Assembly (NCBI GenBank): GCA_964606485.1
Contig: CAZSGP010000001.1
Location: 225,085 to 289,084, forward strand
Direction of reading: 5' to 3'
Origin: an uncultured Planctomycetia bacterium
GTDB taxonomy: Bacteria; Omnitrophota; Gorgyraeia; 2-02-FULL-51-18
Length of the DNA: 64,000 nucleotides
Shown here: piece after piece, positions 26,556 to 36,299 of the stretch
Numbering within the stretch: the first letter of the stretch is position 1
How the letters are laid out: each line of letters starts with the position of its first letter
Program-made: the position numbers and the translations under genes
Notes under the pieces: model-generated
Told to the model about the DNA's origin: nothing
Database searches by the model: none
What the model saw: the letters and a program-made list of their open reading frames with translations, nothing else

Positions 26556-28631
26556 ATGAAAAAATGGATTTCTGGATTTTTAGCGGTCACGATGATCGCC
26601 GTATGGGCAACACCTAGCTTTGCCGTTCAAACAACAGCCGGTACTCCCGAGGCTATTGTGGCGGAAGGTATATTGAACGGGGTTACATTTGGTGGCGCCC
26701 ATGTTCTTACAGTTGCAGATAACGAAAATATCAACACCGCTGCTAATGCGGTTGGTGTAACTTCAGGTGCGGATGGTCAGGGTACGATTACTTTTGCGGG
26801 TACTTCAACGGTATCGGGCACTGTGGGTACAAACGCTGCTAACGATCTATTAGCAATCAACGCTGGAGCCGCGGGAGAAACGGTCACACTTTCGGGCAAC
26901 GCTTTTATTTTAACATCGACGGTAACGGGAACTGGTACTTTGGCGTTGGGAGCTAATCTCACAGGAACGTCAGTTGCGTTTGGCGCGGACGGAACAGTTA
27001 CGGCGGCTAGCGGAAACACGATTGCGGCCGCTTTTACGGGCGCTGCAAATGTGGGAACTATTACCTATGCCGGCGGAAATACACAAACTGGAAATATCGG
27101 AAATAACGGCGTCAAACAGGTGAATATCACAACTGGTGATGTGAACGTGACGGGTAACGTTCTAGCTTCTCGCGTGGCGACAAGCACTGGGGATTTAATC
27201 ATTACCGGAACTTTCAATAATACGATGGCCGGTGACACACCCGCGATAAATTCGACGGTAGCGGGACCTCTAGCCACTCAGTACGGTCAAATCACAAGTG
27301 GCGGCGCGGCAACCGTTGTTGCGGATACTTTGGTTACGTTGAATGTGACCGGTTATATTGCAAACGGAACTACGTTGACCATTGTTGACGGAACCGGTGG
27401 TGCGGGCGTAGCAACATTGTCCAGCGCTATCGTGGACAATAGCGCCAATTTGTCCTTTGCTCAAGATGCAGCAGATACAGCCAACCTAGTTTTAACGGCA
27501 ACACGCTTAAGTACGTCTTCAGTTACAACCTCCGCCAATGCGAATTCAGTTGCAACAGCAGCTACGGCAGCGGCAACAGCAGCTCCAACGAGCGCGCTTG
27601 CTACTGATATTGGTCAAATCGATAAGCTATCAACGGTAACAGCAACGGATGCAGCGTATTCCCAGCTCGACCCTAATGTTAGCGGGGGAGCTGTTGGTGG
27701 ATCTATGAGTGCTTTGAACGGCGGCATTCAATCCATCACATCTCGCAATGAAAGCGTTCGCGGTGGAACCTCCAGCGGTATTTCAGCGGGTGATCTTTGG
27801 CAGAGCGCTGAGATTTGGGCAAAGGGTTTTGGAAATTTTGCCGACCAAGATAACCGTGGCGGCGTGAACGGTTACGACGCTGACACATGGGGAACCACGA
27901 TCGGTGTGGACGGACCTATTAACGAAGAATGGCGTTTGGGCGGTGCGGGTGGTTATGCCATCAGTGACGTCGATACCAAAAACGAAAATAGCACGGCTGA
28001 TATCGACAGCGTCCAAGGAAGCATTTACGCAACCTATGACAGCGGCCCGTGGTTTTTGGATACGTCATTTACCTTCGCGTGGAATATGTACGATGCCGCG
28101 CGTGGTATTGCGTTTGGAACCATTAATCGTGTTGCATCCAGCGACTATGACGGACAGCAGTATTCCGGATATGTCGGCACCGGCTACGTTTACGCGTACG
28201 AGGGTTGGGAAATTACCCCCATGGCCTCGTTCCAGTATACGCATATCGCCATCGACGGTTACACAGAAACAGGCGCTGGAGCTTTGAATCTCGTCGTTGA
28301 TTCTCAGGATTATGATGTGGCCCAATCTGGTTTAGGGATTAAGTTTGCTTACCCTGTTAAAGATCAGAGCGGCACGTTTACACCCGAAGTTCATACGAAA
28401 TGGCTGTATGACTTTGTCGGAGATGAACAAGCGACAACCTCCACTTTTACGGGTGGCGGCGCTTCGTTTAGCACTCGCGGTTACGATCCTGCCCAGCATA
28501 GCTTCAATGTGGGCGGCGGACTCTCGTGGAAATCCAAAGGAAACTGGACGGTTGAAGGCACCTATGATCTTGAACTGAAAGAAGATTTTAGCGCACACAC
28601 CGGCCTTTTAACGGTGAAATACGCTTACTAA
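26556..28631 (+). CDS. Autotransporter (type Va) outer-membrane protein with a Thr/Gly/Ala-rich passenger and a C-terminal beta-barrel translocator.
   Basis: Signal peptide 'MKKWISGFLAVTMIAVWATPSFA'. A repetitive T/G/A/N passenger. The autotransporter beta-domain signature reads 'WAKGFGNFADQDNRGG...DADTWGTTIGVD'. The C-terminus 'TVKYAY' ends with an aromatic residue. Confidence 0.8.
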   Translation: MKKWISGFLAVTMIAVWATPSFAVQTTAGTPEAIVAEGILNGVTFGGAHVLTVADNENINTAANAVGVTSGADGQGTITFAGTSTVSGTVGTNAANDLLAINAGAAGETVTLSGNAFILTSTVTGTGTLALGANLTGTSVAFGADGTVTAASGNTIAAAFTGAANVGTITYAGGNTQTGNIGNNGVKQVNITTGDVNVTGNVLASRVATSTGDLIITGTFNNTMAGDTPAINSTVAGPLATQYGQITSGGAATVVADTLVTLNVTGYIANGTTLTIVDGTGGAGVATLSSAIVDNSANLSFAQDAADTANLVLTATRLSTSSVTTSANANSVATAATAAATAAPTSALATDIGQIDKLSTVTATDAAYSQLDPNVSGGAVGGSMSALNGGIQSITSRNESVRGGTSSGISAGDLWQSAEIWAKGFGNFADQDNRGGVNGYDADTWGTTIGVDGPINEEWRLGGAGGYAISDVDTKNENSTADIDSVQGSIYATYDSGPWFLDTSFTFAWNMYDAARGIAFGTINRVASSDYDGQQYSGYVGTGYVYAYEGWEITPMASFQYTHIAIDGYTETGAGALNLVVDSQDYDVAQSGLGIKFAYPVKDQSGTFTPEVHTKWLYDFVGDEQATTSTFTGGGASFSTRGYDPAQHSFNVGGGLSWKSKGNWTVEGTYDLELKEDFSAHTGLLTVKYAY

Positions 28632-28640
28632 TTTAGAGCG

Positions 28641-29516
28641 TTGAACACTTCGGCAAAAGCCCTCGCGCAAAACGCGGGGGCTTTTGTTTTTCTGCTATTG
28701 CTCTCAGGCTGCGCCACTGTCGCGTCCTCTTTAGACAGGCAGGCCGGTATCAATGACTTTGGTCGCCGGCATGGATTTGTCCGCGAAGCGGTTCCCACTT
28801 CATTTTTTAAGCTGACCGCATTTTCTAAAATTAAAAAACAGGGCGAACCCCTTCACATTTACATTGAGGGGGATGGAAGAGCGTGGCTTTCTAAAACAAG
28901 AATCTCAGATGACCCTACACCGTTTCACGCGATGGCTCTGGAGCTCGCGTCCAAAGACCCCGCTCCCAATGTGGTGTATTTGGCGAGGCCCTGCCAATTT
29001 ACCCCGATGTCAGAAGAGCCTCACTATGATTCTGACTATTGGTCCACCAAGCGTTTTTCAAAAGAAGTGATTGATTCTGAAAACGAAGCGATCGATTTTT
29101 TTAAACAGAAGTCTGGTGCTAGGAAAGTAGAGTTGACGGGGTATTCTGGGGGTGCCGCGGTAGCTGTTCTTATTTGTGCGAGGCGTCAAGATATTCAAGC
29201 CTTACGAACAGTGGCTGGAAATTTGGACCCCGAAGCGCTCAACCGGCATCACCGGGTCGATTCGCTGGATGGCTCTTTAGACCCCATGGATGCGGCGTAT
29301 TGGATTGCAAAAATTCCCCAAAGACATTTTATTGGCGGCAAAGACAAGATTGTGCCCCCATTCATCGTGAATAATTTTGCTCTAAAAATGGGCCCTTCGA
29401 ATGTTTTTTCAATCACCGCGGTAAAGGACGCGTCCCATACCGAAGGTTGGGTGGAGAAATGGCCAGCTTTATTGGCGCTCCCGTTGGAGTCGGCCGAGAA
29501 CAGTGTGGTAGAATAG
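28641..29516 (+). CDS. Lipoprotein with a serine-hydrolase (alpha/beta-hydrolase-like) nucleophile elbow.
   Basis: Lipobox 'LLLLSGC'. 'GYSGGAAVAVLI' GxSxG. The start is uncertain (TTG) and the N-terminus overlaps a terminator hairpin. Confidence 0.45.
   Translation: MNTSAKALAQNAGAFVFLLLLSGCATVASSLDRQAGINDFGRRHGFVREAVPTSFFKLTAFSKIKKQGEPLHIYIEGDGRAWLSKTRISDDPTPFHAMALELASKDPAPNVVYLARPCQFTPMSEEPHYDSDYWSTKRFSKEVIDSENEAIDFFKQKSGARKVELTGYSGGAAVAVLICARRQDIQALRTVAGNLDPEALNRHHRVDSLDGSLDPMDAAYWIAKIPQRHFIGGKDKIVPPFIVNNFALKMGPSNVFSITAVKDASHTEGWVEKWPALLALPLESAENSVVE
28659..28691 (+). terminator. Rho-independent terminator downstream of the autotransporter gene.
   Basis: A 9-bp GC-rich stem gccctcgcg/cgcgggggc (one G·U) with loop caaaa, followed by ttttgttttt. 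It overlaps the TTG-initiated start of the next ORF. Confidence 0.5.
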
Positions 29517-29520
29517 CGCT

Positions 29521-29874
29521 ATGGGTGAACAGGACAATCGAAAAGATCCCCGCGTTTCTCATGGATTTATCGTTCAGTACCGCTTGTCGCCCGGCGAAAA
29601 TCCGTGGAACGCATCGCCCGTTTTAGATCTGAGTGTCACGGGTTGCCGCTTAAAAACGGGCACTGCGTTTAGCTCAGGCCAGCAAGTTGAGCTCCGGCTA
29701 AGGATTGCCGGACAGGGCCAGCCGTTTAATATTATGGGCACAGTGATGCACGCCCGAAAACTTGAGGGCGGGCTTTTTGAAATCGGGCTAAAGTTTGAAG
29801 CTCTTGATGAAACACAGTTAAATATTTTAAAAGAAACCATTAATTTTTTTATCAAACCACAAGGCAGGTCTTAA
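29521..29874 (+). CDS. Stand-alone PilZ-domain protein (c-di-GMP receptor).
   Basis: 'NRKDPRVSHG' (RxxxR) and 'DLSVTGCRLKT' (DxSxxG). Confidence 0.7.
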   Translation: MGEQDNRKDPRVSHGFIVQYRLSPGENPWNASPVLDLSVTGCRLKTGTAFSSGQQVELRLRIAGQGQPFNIMGTVMHARKLEGGLFEIGLKFEALDETQLNILKETINFFIKPQGRS

Positions 29875-29876
29875 TT

Positions 29877-30458
29877 ATGGCACTCACACCCTCCACGATG
29901 ATCGCGCTTAAAACGAAGGCGCCCGATTTTTCTTTGCCGGACGTGATATCGGGTCGCAAAATTTCTCTTCATAATTTTGAAAAGAAAAAAGCGCTACTCG
30001 TAATGTTTATTTGTTCCCATTGTCCGTATGTTCAGCACATTAAGCATGGACTCGCACGCTTAGGGAAGGATTACGCAACCAAAGATTTGGGTATTGTGGC
30101 CATTAGCTCCAACGATGCCATAAAGTACCCGGATGATTCTCCGAAGGGTCTTGCTGGAATGGCTAAGACGCTCGGATTTAATTTCCCATTTTGTTTCGAT
30201 GAATCGCAGGAAGTTGCAAAAGATTACTCGGCGGCGTGCACACCCGATTTTTTCTTGTTCGATAAAAAGAGAGAGCTTGTTTACCGGGGTCAGCTGGACG
30301 ATAGCCGTCCTGGAAACGGAAAGCCGGTAAACGGGAAGGATTTGCGCGCGGCCATTGAGGCTGTGCTTGCCGGGAAGCCGGTGAGCGCCGCTCAAAAAGC
30401 GAGTGTGGGTTGTAACATTAAATGGAAAACTGGAAACGAACCGGATTACGCTAGCTAA
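29877..30458 (+). CDS. Thioredoxin-fold redoxin-family protein (thiol-disulfide oxidoreductase).
   Basis: 'MFICSHCPYV' CxxC in a redoxin/TlpA-like context. Confidence 0.6.
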   Translation: MALTPSTMIALKTKAPDFSLPDVISGRKISLHNFEKKKALLVMFICSHCPYVQHIKHGLARLGKDYATKDLGIVAISSNDAIKYPDDSPKGLAGMAKTLGFNFPFCFDESQEVAKDYSAACTPDFFLFDKKRELVYRGQLDDSRPGNGKPVNGKDLRAAIEAVLAGKPVSAAQKASVGCNIKWKTGNEPDYAS

Positions 30459-30460
30459 CG

Positions 30461-31081
30461 ATGAACTTTAATAAAATTTTAGCCGCCGTTACACTTCTTT
30501 TTTTATGCATCGCTTCTGTGTTTGGAGCAAAGCTTTTAAGGACTTCTTTCCTGAAACCCTTTGACCGCAATGCGGCGCGTTCGGTGGGCCCTGTGGACGC
30601 TCCGGTCCAAGTCATTGAGCATATGGATTACCAATGCCACACCTGCAAGCAAGCTTCTGGTCAGATTGAGAAATACTTAGAGGAATATCCTGGCACGATT
30701 CGCCTTCAGATCCAGTTTCATTATTTCGATTCTCATCCGTCTGGCCGAAAAGCTGCAATTTTTGCCGAATGCGCGTCTCACGAGGGGAAATTTTGGCCGT
30801 TCCATAAGCTTCTTTTCGAGCGGCAAGAAGATTGGATAAAGGCGCCGAATCTGGATACCATTTTTTCCGGCTACGCCAAGGAGATGGGAATTCAAAATGA
30901 AAAATTTCAAAACTGCGTCGACAGTTTAGAAACACTTAAAACGGTAAAATCCGAACGCGATTACGGGACAGTTTTGGGAGTGGAGTACACGCCCACTTTT
31001 TTTATTAACGGGAAGATGGCTGTGGGCTCCGAAGGTTTTGAAAAAGAGATTCAGTCTCAATTGCCCAGGAGATCGAAATGA
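30461..31081 (+). CDS. DsbA-like thiol:disulfide interchange protein, membrane-anchored.
   Basis: N-terminal TM. 'YQCHTCKQ' CxxC. DsbA-like length and context. Confidence 0.6.
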   Translation: MNFNKILAAVTLLFLCIASVFGAKLLRTSFLKPFDRNAARSVGPVDAPVQVIEHMDYQCHTCKQASGQIEKYLEEYPGTIRLQIQFHYFDSHPSGRKAAIFAECASHEGKFWPFHKLLFERQEDWIKAPNLDTIFSGYAKEMGIQNEKFQNCVDSLETLKTVKSERDYGTVLGVEYTPTFFINGKMAVGSEGFEKEIQSQLPRRSK

Positions 31082-31515
31082 TTTGGATTTTTAGAATTTT
31101 AATCGGCGCTCTGTTTACGTTTTCAGGATTCATGAAACTAATTCATCCCGTTGAAAATTTTACGGCGGTGCTTCAAAGCTACGACCTGTTTAGCGCGTCC
31201 ATTTCTGCTATCATCGCAAATACTTTTCCGTGGATGGAGTTTATCACCGGGGTATTTTTGTTGCTGGGTCTCTGGACCCGGATTGCTTTAGCGATTAGCT
31301 TTCTCATGAACCTTGTGTTTATCTCCATTTTAAGCCAGGCGCTGGTGCGCGAGCTTCCGGTAACGGATTGCGGATGTTTTGGGGGAGCCTTTTTTCTCAA
31401 GCCTTGGCAAACGCTCGTGATGGATATTGGCATTGCCCTTATTTTTATTTGCTTATTCATTTCTCTCCGGCAGACAAAATCGTTAAGTCTTGACCGCTTT
31501 TTTGATCACGACTAA
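31078..31515 (+). CDS. DoxX/MauE-family membrane protein.
   Basis: Four TM helices. 'TDCGCFGG' motif characteristic of MauE/DoxX-like proteins. It is coupled to the upstream DsbA-like gene. Confidence 0.6.
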   Translation: MIWIFRILIGALFTFSGFMKLIHPVENFTAVLQSYDLFSASISAIIANTFPWMEFITGVFLLLGLWTRIALAISFLMNLVFISILSQALVRELPVTDCGCFGGAFFLKPWQTLVMDIGIALIFICLFISLRQTKSLSLDRFFDHD

Positions 31516-31544
31516 ACCCAAGCCGTACAAACTCGAGACAGAAA

Positions 31545-32369
31545 ATGAAGTCTAAAATCAGCCTGCTTGTTTTTTCCTCAATTCTTTTAAGTACAAGTCT
31601 AAGCTTTGCGGCGCTTCCCGATCATCCATTGATAGACAAAGCTAAAAGCAACCGAGCGGAGCGTGTGGATTATGCACTGAAGAGCGGTGCAACGGTTAAA
31701 CTCACCCAAGATCAAAAAAGCTATGTGCTCACCTGGTTTCCCGAGGGGACAGATGAAAGCCATTTGCCGCCGATAGTGGTAACCCTTCATGGGCATGGGG
31801 GGTATGCATTCGATGATTTTTATGTTTGGCACCCTTTTCTGAAGCAGCGCGGGTACGGTTTTATGGCTATTCAGTGGTGGATCGGGGACAGCGAGAAAAC
31901 GAGCGATTATTTGATGCCGCAGGAAATTTACCGGATTATCGACCAAAATTTTAAAAAGTTGGGTGTAGAGCCGGGACGTGCAATGCTTCATGGGTTTAGT
32001 CGCGGTTCGGCCAATATTTACCCTGTTGCGGCCATGGATCAGAGTTTGAAGAATCATTATTTCTCTCTTTTTGTGGCCAATGCGGGACGCGCCAACTCTG
32101 GCTATCCGCCGGTTCATGAAATTGAACAGGGAAGATTCGGTGAGAGACCATTTGAGGGCACACATTGGGTGACGTTCGCGGGTGGGAAGGACACAAATCC
32201 CGATCGTGACGGAATTCCAGGTATGCGCGAAACGGGGGATTGGATTCAGCGGTACGGTGGAACGCTAGATCTTGCCATTGAAGATCCAAGCGCCGATCAT
32301 GGCGGGTTTCACCGAAGCCCTAAGAACTGCGAAGCTGCGTTAGACGTTTTTGATCGATTAAGAGTATAA
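31545..32369 (+). CDS. Secreted alpha/beta-hydrolase (esterase/depolymerase-like).
   Basis: Signal peptide. 'LHGFSRGS' GxSxG. 'HGHGG' oxyanion-like motif. Confidence 0.55.
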   Translation: MKSKISLLVFSSILLSTSLSFAALPDHPLIDKAKSNRAERVDYALKSGATVKLTQDQKSYVLTWFPEGTDESHLPPIVVTLHGHGGYAFDDFYVWHPFLKQRGYGFMAIQWWIGDSEKTSDYLMPQEIYRIIDQNFKKLGVEPGRAMLHGFSRGSANIYPVAAMDQSLKNHYFSLFVANAGRANSGYPPVHEIEQGRFGERPFEGTHWVTFAGGKDTNPDRDGIPGMRETGDWIQRYGGTLDLAIEDPSADHGGFHRSPKNCEAALDVFDRLRV

Positions 32370-32700
32370 TCCCCACCTATGAAAAAGCTTTTTCTTCAAA
32401 CTTTCGGTTGCCAGTTGTATCTCGAACTTAAACTTTTCAAATACCAAGTCTGCTCCTAATTCTCCTCCCCAAGAAGTAAATTCAAACATCTTTCTAGTCT
32501 TTCAAGCCGTCGCAGGGGGCTTACAAACAGCCCTTGCGGATAAGCCAGAGGCTATTTCATGACATCAATGACGCTAAAAAATCCAGAAGTAGTTGAGGTT
32601 GAAGCAAATGTCACCTATTTGCCTGGTATTAAAGGACATGGGGAAGTTTGTGTCAGTCTACCAAAGAAATTAACAAGCCAAAAATTCGGAGTTTAAGGGT

Positions 32701-33207
32701 ATGGGATATGAACCTGTAAAAGATGAGACGAAAGGGCAATACCTAAAGATCTGGACCCATTATTGCGTTGGACACATGAGCCAGGAGGAGCTCGCCAAGC
32801 TCTTCAATTGCAGCCAGGACACGGTCGCAAATGCCATTAACTGGGCCGCAGAGAACAGGACGCAGTTCAATACGCCAATCCTGGCTGAAGCGGCCAAAGA
32901 GTCTCTAGAAAGCCGCTTGCGGGAACTTAAGAATGACCTTGTAAGAATTAAGGAGTCGGAGCCCGTGAACTGGAATGCCGTTATTGGCATGAATAAGCTC
33001 ATTAAAGAGAATGAAGAGCTTCTGTGGAAGCTTCAAGCTGTAATACAGGATAGAAGCGTCATTACGTTGAATGCATCACAAATTAACCAGGTGGTAAAAG
33101 CGCGGGACGAAATATTGGAAGGAATGACAGATGACGAACGGCAAGCCCTCATATCCGGAATTAGACAAGCTATTACAAGGCAAGACAACGACCAAAAAGG
33201 AGATTGA
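32701..33207 (+). CDS. Putative phage terminase small subunit (HTH protein).
   Basis: HTH 'SQEELAKLFNCSQDTVANAINWA'. A coiled-coil C-terminus. Position upstream of, and overlapping, the large terminase. Confidence 0.45.
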   Translation: MGYEPVKDETKGQYLKIWTHYCVGHMSQEELAKLFNCSQDTVANAINWAAENRTQFNTPILAEAAKESLESRLRELKNDLVRIKESEPVNWNAVIGMNKLIKENEELLWKLQAVIQDRSVITLNASQINQVVKARDEILEGMTDDERQALISGIRQAITRQDNDQKGD

Positions 33208-34687
33208 GGATCTTCTTTGGTTGTTGGAACATCCCGAATATGAATACCGGGTTGTGGATATCCGGACTTTCATTGAGAGTCCTGACTACCTAAACGCCAA
33301 AGCCGAGTGTTGGCCGAGCATTGTAGAGGACCTTGAACAACTCTTTAATGGCGCTTACACAGAAGCTGTATTTTGCGAAGGCATCGGCAGCGGAAAGTCC
33401 TACAAGTCCTCTATCATTATTACCTATATGGTCTATAGAGTCCTTTGCCTTCGGGAGCCTCAAAGATATTTCAATCTAGCCAAGGGGAGCCCCATTTGTT
33501 TTATCAACTTGTCGGTCCGGGCAGAACAAAGTAAAAAGGTCGTGTTTGGTGAAATAAAAAGCCGTGTTGATAATAGTCCCTGGTTCAGAAACCACTACCC
33601 TCCAGATTCAGATATAAAGTCTGAATTGAGATTCCCAAAAAATATTGCCGTATTCCCCGGTAACTCTCGGGAAACATTTCCTTTGGGGTTCAATGTTCTG
33701 GGTGGCGTCATGGACGAAGCCGCTTTTTATACAGAAACCGATGACCATGACGTTGCCGAGGAAATGTTTAATGCTCTTCATAGCCGCATCAAAAATCGAT
33801 TCGGTGACAAAGGACTACTTGTCATGATCAGCTCGCCTCGCTATATAGATGACTTCATTGAGCTTAAAATGAAAGAAGCCGAAACCAATCCCAATATATT
33901 CAGCCGCAGAAAAATGCTCTGGGACTCAAAGCCCGCACATGCCTTCTGCGGAAAGCGAATCGATTTCCAAGAATATAAAATCCCGATTGAGTTTGAGCTC
34001 GAAGCTAAACGAAATCCTGAAACTTTCAAGCGAGATTTTATGGCTATTCCTGCCATGGCGCTTGAACCTTTTTTCAAATGTACTGATCTTGTGGAAAAGT
34101 GTATCGACCCAAAATTAGAACATCCGTTTGATGAATACGGGAAATTTAAGCCATGGTTTAAGGGTAAGCCCAGCCTTTATCACTACATTCACGTCGATCT
34201 TGGTCACAAAAGAGATGCCACAGGAATAGCGATGGCGCATGACGAGGGTGATAATGTTATTGTCGATTTTATGCGCCGTATCAAAGCGCCGCCGGGAGGG
34301 GAGATCTTTTTTAAAGACATTCGAGAAATGATTCTTCACATGAAGAATAAACTTCAATTCAAGATAGACAAGGTCACCTTCGACGGCTGGCAGTCTATTG
34401 ATAGTATCCAAATCCTAAAAGAAAATTGGATCAAATGTGAGGTCTTGAGTATTGATAGGGATACTGAGGCCTATGACACGTTAAAGGAAAAGATGTATCA
34501 GGGTCAGCTAAAGTGCTATCGGTATGAACCTTTTTTCGATGAACTTAAAAGACTGGAGCTGCTTGCAGGGACTAAAGTGGATCACCCACCGCATGGCTCC
34601 AAGGATGTGGCTGACGCCGTTGCTGGGGCGGTCCATGGAGCTGTTGAGAACGCAGGGAAGATCCGCGAGGTTCGGGTTTACTACTAA
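33131..34687 (+). CDS. Phage terminase large subunit.
   Basis: Walker A-like 'CEGIGSGKSYKS'. Walker B 'GGVMDEAAFY'. C-terminal nuclease-like region with acidic residues. 518 aa. Confidence 0.6.
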   Translation: MTNGKPSYPELDKLLQGKTTTKKEIEDLLWLLEHPEYEYRVVDIRTFIESPDYLNAKAECWPSIVEDLEQLFNGAYTEAVFCEGIGSGKSYKSSIIITYMVYRVLCLREPQRYFNLAKGSPICFINLSVRAEQSKKVVFGEIKSRVDNSPWFRNHYPPDSDIKSELRFPKNIAVFPGNSRETFPLGFNVLGGVMDEAAFYTETDDHDVAEEMFNALHSRIKNRFGDKGLLVMISSPRYIDDFIELKMKEAETNPNIFSRRKMLWDSKPAHAFCGKRIDFQEYKIPIEFELEAKRNPETFKRDFMAIPAMALEPFFKCTDLVEKCIDPKLEHPFDEYGKFKPWFKGKPSLYHYIHVDLGHKRDATGIAMAHDEGDNVIVDFMRRIKAPPGGEIFFKDIREMILHMKNKLQFKIDKVTFDGWQSIDSIQILKENWIKCEVLSIDRDTEAYDTLKEKMYQGQLKCYRYEPFFDELKRLELLAGTKVDHPPHGSKDVADAVAGAVHGAVENAGKIREVRVYY

Positions 34688-34943
34688 ATGGGGTGTCAGT
34701 TCCGGCCTTTAACTTGCCCCGTTTATTTGAGATTAAACATACAATTTCGTCATCATTCTTGCCTAATTGATAGTCCACGATGCAGTAGCATTATGAACAG
34801 TAAGCACTTAGGGAAGTATTGATGCGATGGAGTTGTATTTCTGGTTTAGATTATTTGCGATTAAATCTACTATTTAATTATAAATAAACTGAGTGATCAG
34901 GAAACCGAGATGATACGAGTGACAACGGAAAGGGACGCGCCAG

Positions 34944-35858
34944 ATGAAGCAGGAAATAGCCGAGTTTTTAGCTTATAAGGCCACAGAAAGGGGGCTCACA
35001 CCCCGGACTATAGAGGCATATCGCCACGATTTGGCTAAATTCGGGCAATTTGTAGCCAAAGAAACGGGTTCGCAAGCCACTATTGCCAATATCGACCAAT
35101 ATACGATCAAAGCGTATTTGCAGTTTCTGGCAAATACCGGTATTAAGAAAAGCAACGCTACCGTTACGAGGGGCAGGAAACTCGCGACCCTCAAATCCTT
35201 TTTTAAATATCTTGCCGTTGAGGGTAAGGTTAAGACCGATCCCGCCAATTTGGTGAAGATGCCAAAGGTCAAACGGAAAGAGCCATCCTACCTTACCGAG
35301 CAGGAATATAAGCGGCTTATACGAACGGTCCAGAAGAACGCTACTCAATACTTCAAGCTCCGGGATATTGCTATCATCAATATGCTTTTGGGGATGGGAC
35401 TACGTTTAAGCGAATTGGTAGGGTTGAATGTTGGGAGCGTTAATTTTGAAGACGGAGTTATCAAAGTCACCAGAAAGGGAAACCAGGAGAGAACTCTTCC
35501 CACAAATGACGACGTAATGATTTGTCTACAACGCTATTTAAAGAGTAGGAAAGATGTCTTGTATGCTTCGCCTTTATTTTTGAGCAAACGCAATCAGCGG
35601 ATTGATGGCGCTACCGTTTGGTATCTCGTTAAGAAATATCTGAAACAGGCTCAAATTGAAAAAGACAAATTGTCCCCACATACCTTGCGACATACATTTG
35701 CAACCACTTTATTAAAGCAGGGTGTTAACATACTTGCCATAAAGGAATTGATGTCGCACCGTAATCTACGCACCACAGAGCGATATCTTCATATTGCTGG
35801 TGCAGATCTACGAGCAGCTGTTGGAAAGATTCAATTAAACGTTAAAGAAAATGATTAG
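34944..35858 (+). CDS. Tyrosine site-specific recombinase/integrase (XerC/D-phage integrase family).
   Basis: 'HTLRHTFATTLLKQGVNILAIKELMSHRNLRTTERYLHI' (R...HxxR...Y catalytic box). Confidence 0.85.
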   Translation: MKQEIAEFLAYKATERGLTPRTIEAYRHDLAKFGQFVAKETGSQATIANIDQYTIKAYLQFLANTGIKKSNATVTRGRKLATLKSFFKYLAVEGKVKTDPANLVKMPKVKRKEPSYLTEQEYKRLIRTVQKNATQYFKLRDIAIINMLLGMGLRLSELVGLNVGSVNFEDGVIKVTRKGNQERTLPTNDDVMICLQRYLKSRKDVLYASPLFLSKRNQRIDGATVWYLVKKYLKQAQIEKDKLSPHTLRHTFATTLLKQGVNILAIKELMSHRNLRTTERYLHIAGADLRAAVGKIQLNVKEND

Positions 35859-35944
35859 ACGTAGCGTATTTTTCCGCATGATGCCAATACGCTAGAAAAT
35901 AGTTCTCGTTAATGTAAATAAAATTTGCTAGAATCCTTAGCGTC

Positions 35945-36232
35945 ATGAAACAAAAGCTGCTAATAAAAATTGTTTTCACTTTCTTGCTTGCGATTGCCTC
36001 ATTTCATTTGAGTGGCATCGAGTCGGCTTTTTGTGATGACGGGATCGTATCCGGAAATGTCGAATCACATGGTTGCATGATTTGTCAGTCTGGCAATCAC
36101 TCAATAAGCCTTGAGAAAGGCATCGTTTCAATTTTCACCGAAATTCCCGTATCGTTCATTTCTCCCGAAGTATTCCTCCAGAGGCTCCAAACGCCTACTC
36201 GCTATATTCTTCGACCCCCGATTTCCGCTTAA
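35945..36232 (+). CDS. Small secreted Cys/His-containing protein (possible metal-binding).
   Basis: Signal peptide 'MKQKLLIKIVFTFLLAIASF'. 'HGCMICQSGNH'. Confidence 0.3.
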   Translation: MKQKLLIKIVFTFLLAIASFHLSGIESAFCDDGIVSGNVESHGCMICQSGNHSISLEKGIVSIFTEIPVSFISPEVFLQRLQTPTRYILRPPISA

Positions 36233-36299
36233 CCATAGCACGTCCTTTTTCGTTCTAAATTAATCAAAACAGCAGTTGTTTTCTACCTATAGGTGAAAT

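Larger units (their letters stand above)
32701..35858 (+). mobile_element. Phage-derived remnant module (terminase small + terminase large + tyrosine integrase) at the left edge of a metal-resistance island.
   Basis: Three phage-type genes in a row with no capsid, portal or tail genes. They are followed immediately by resistance cargo. Confidence 0.55.

Noticed and set aside
32370-32700. Looked for a tRNA gene or att core at the left boundary of the phage/metal island.
   Set aside because: No cloverleaf-compatible sequence or obvious direct repeat was recognisable by eye. A tRNAscan and repeat search would be needed.
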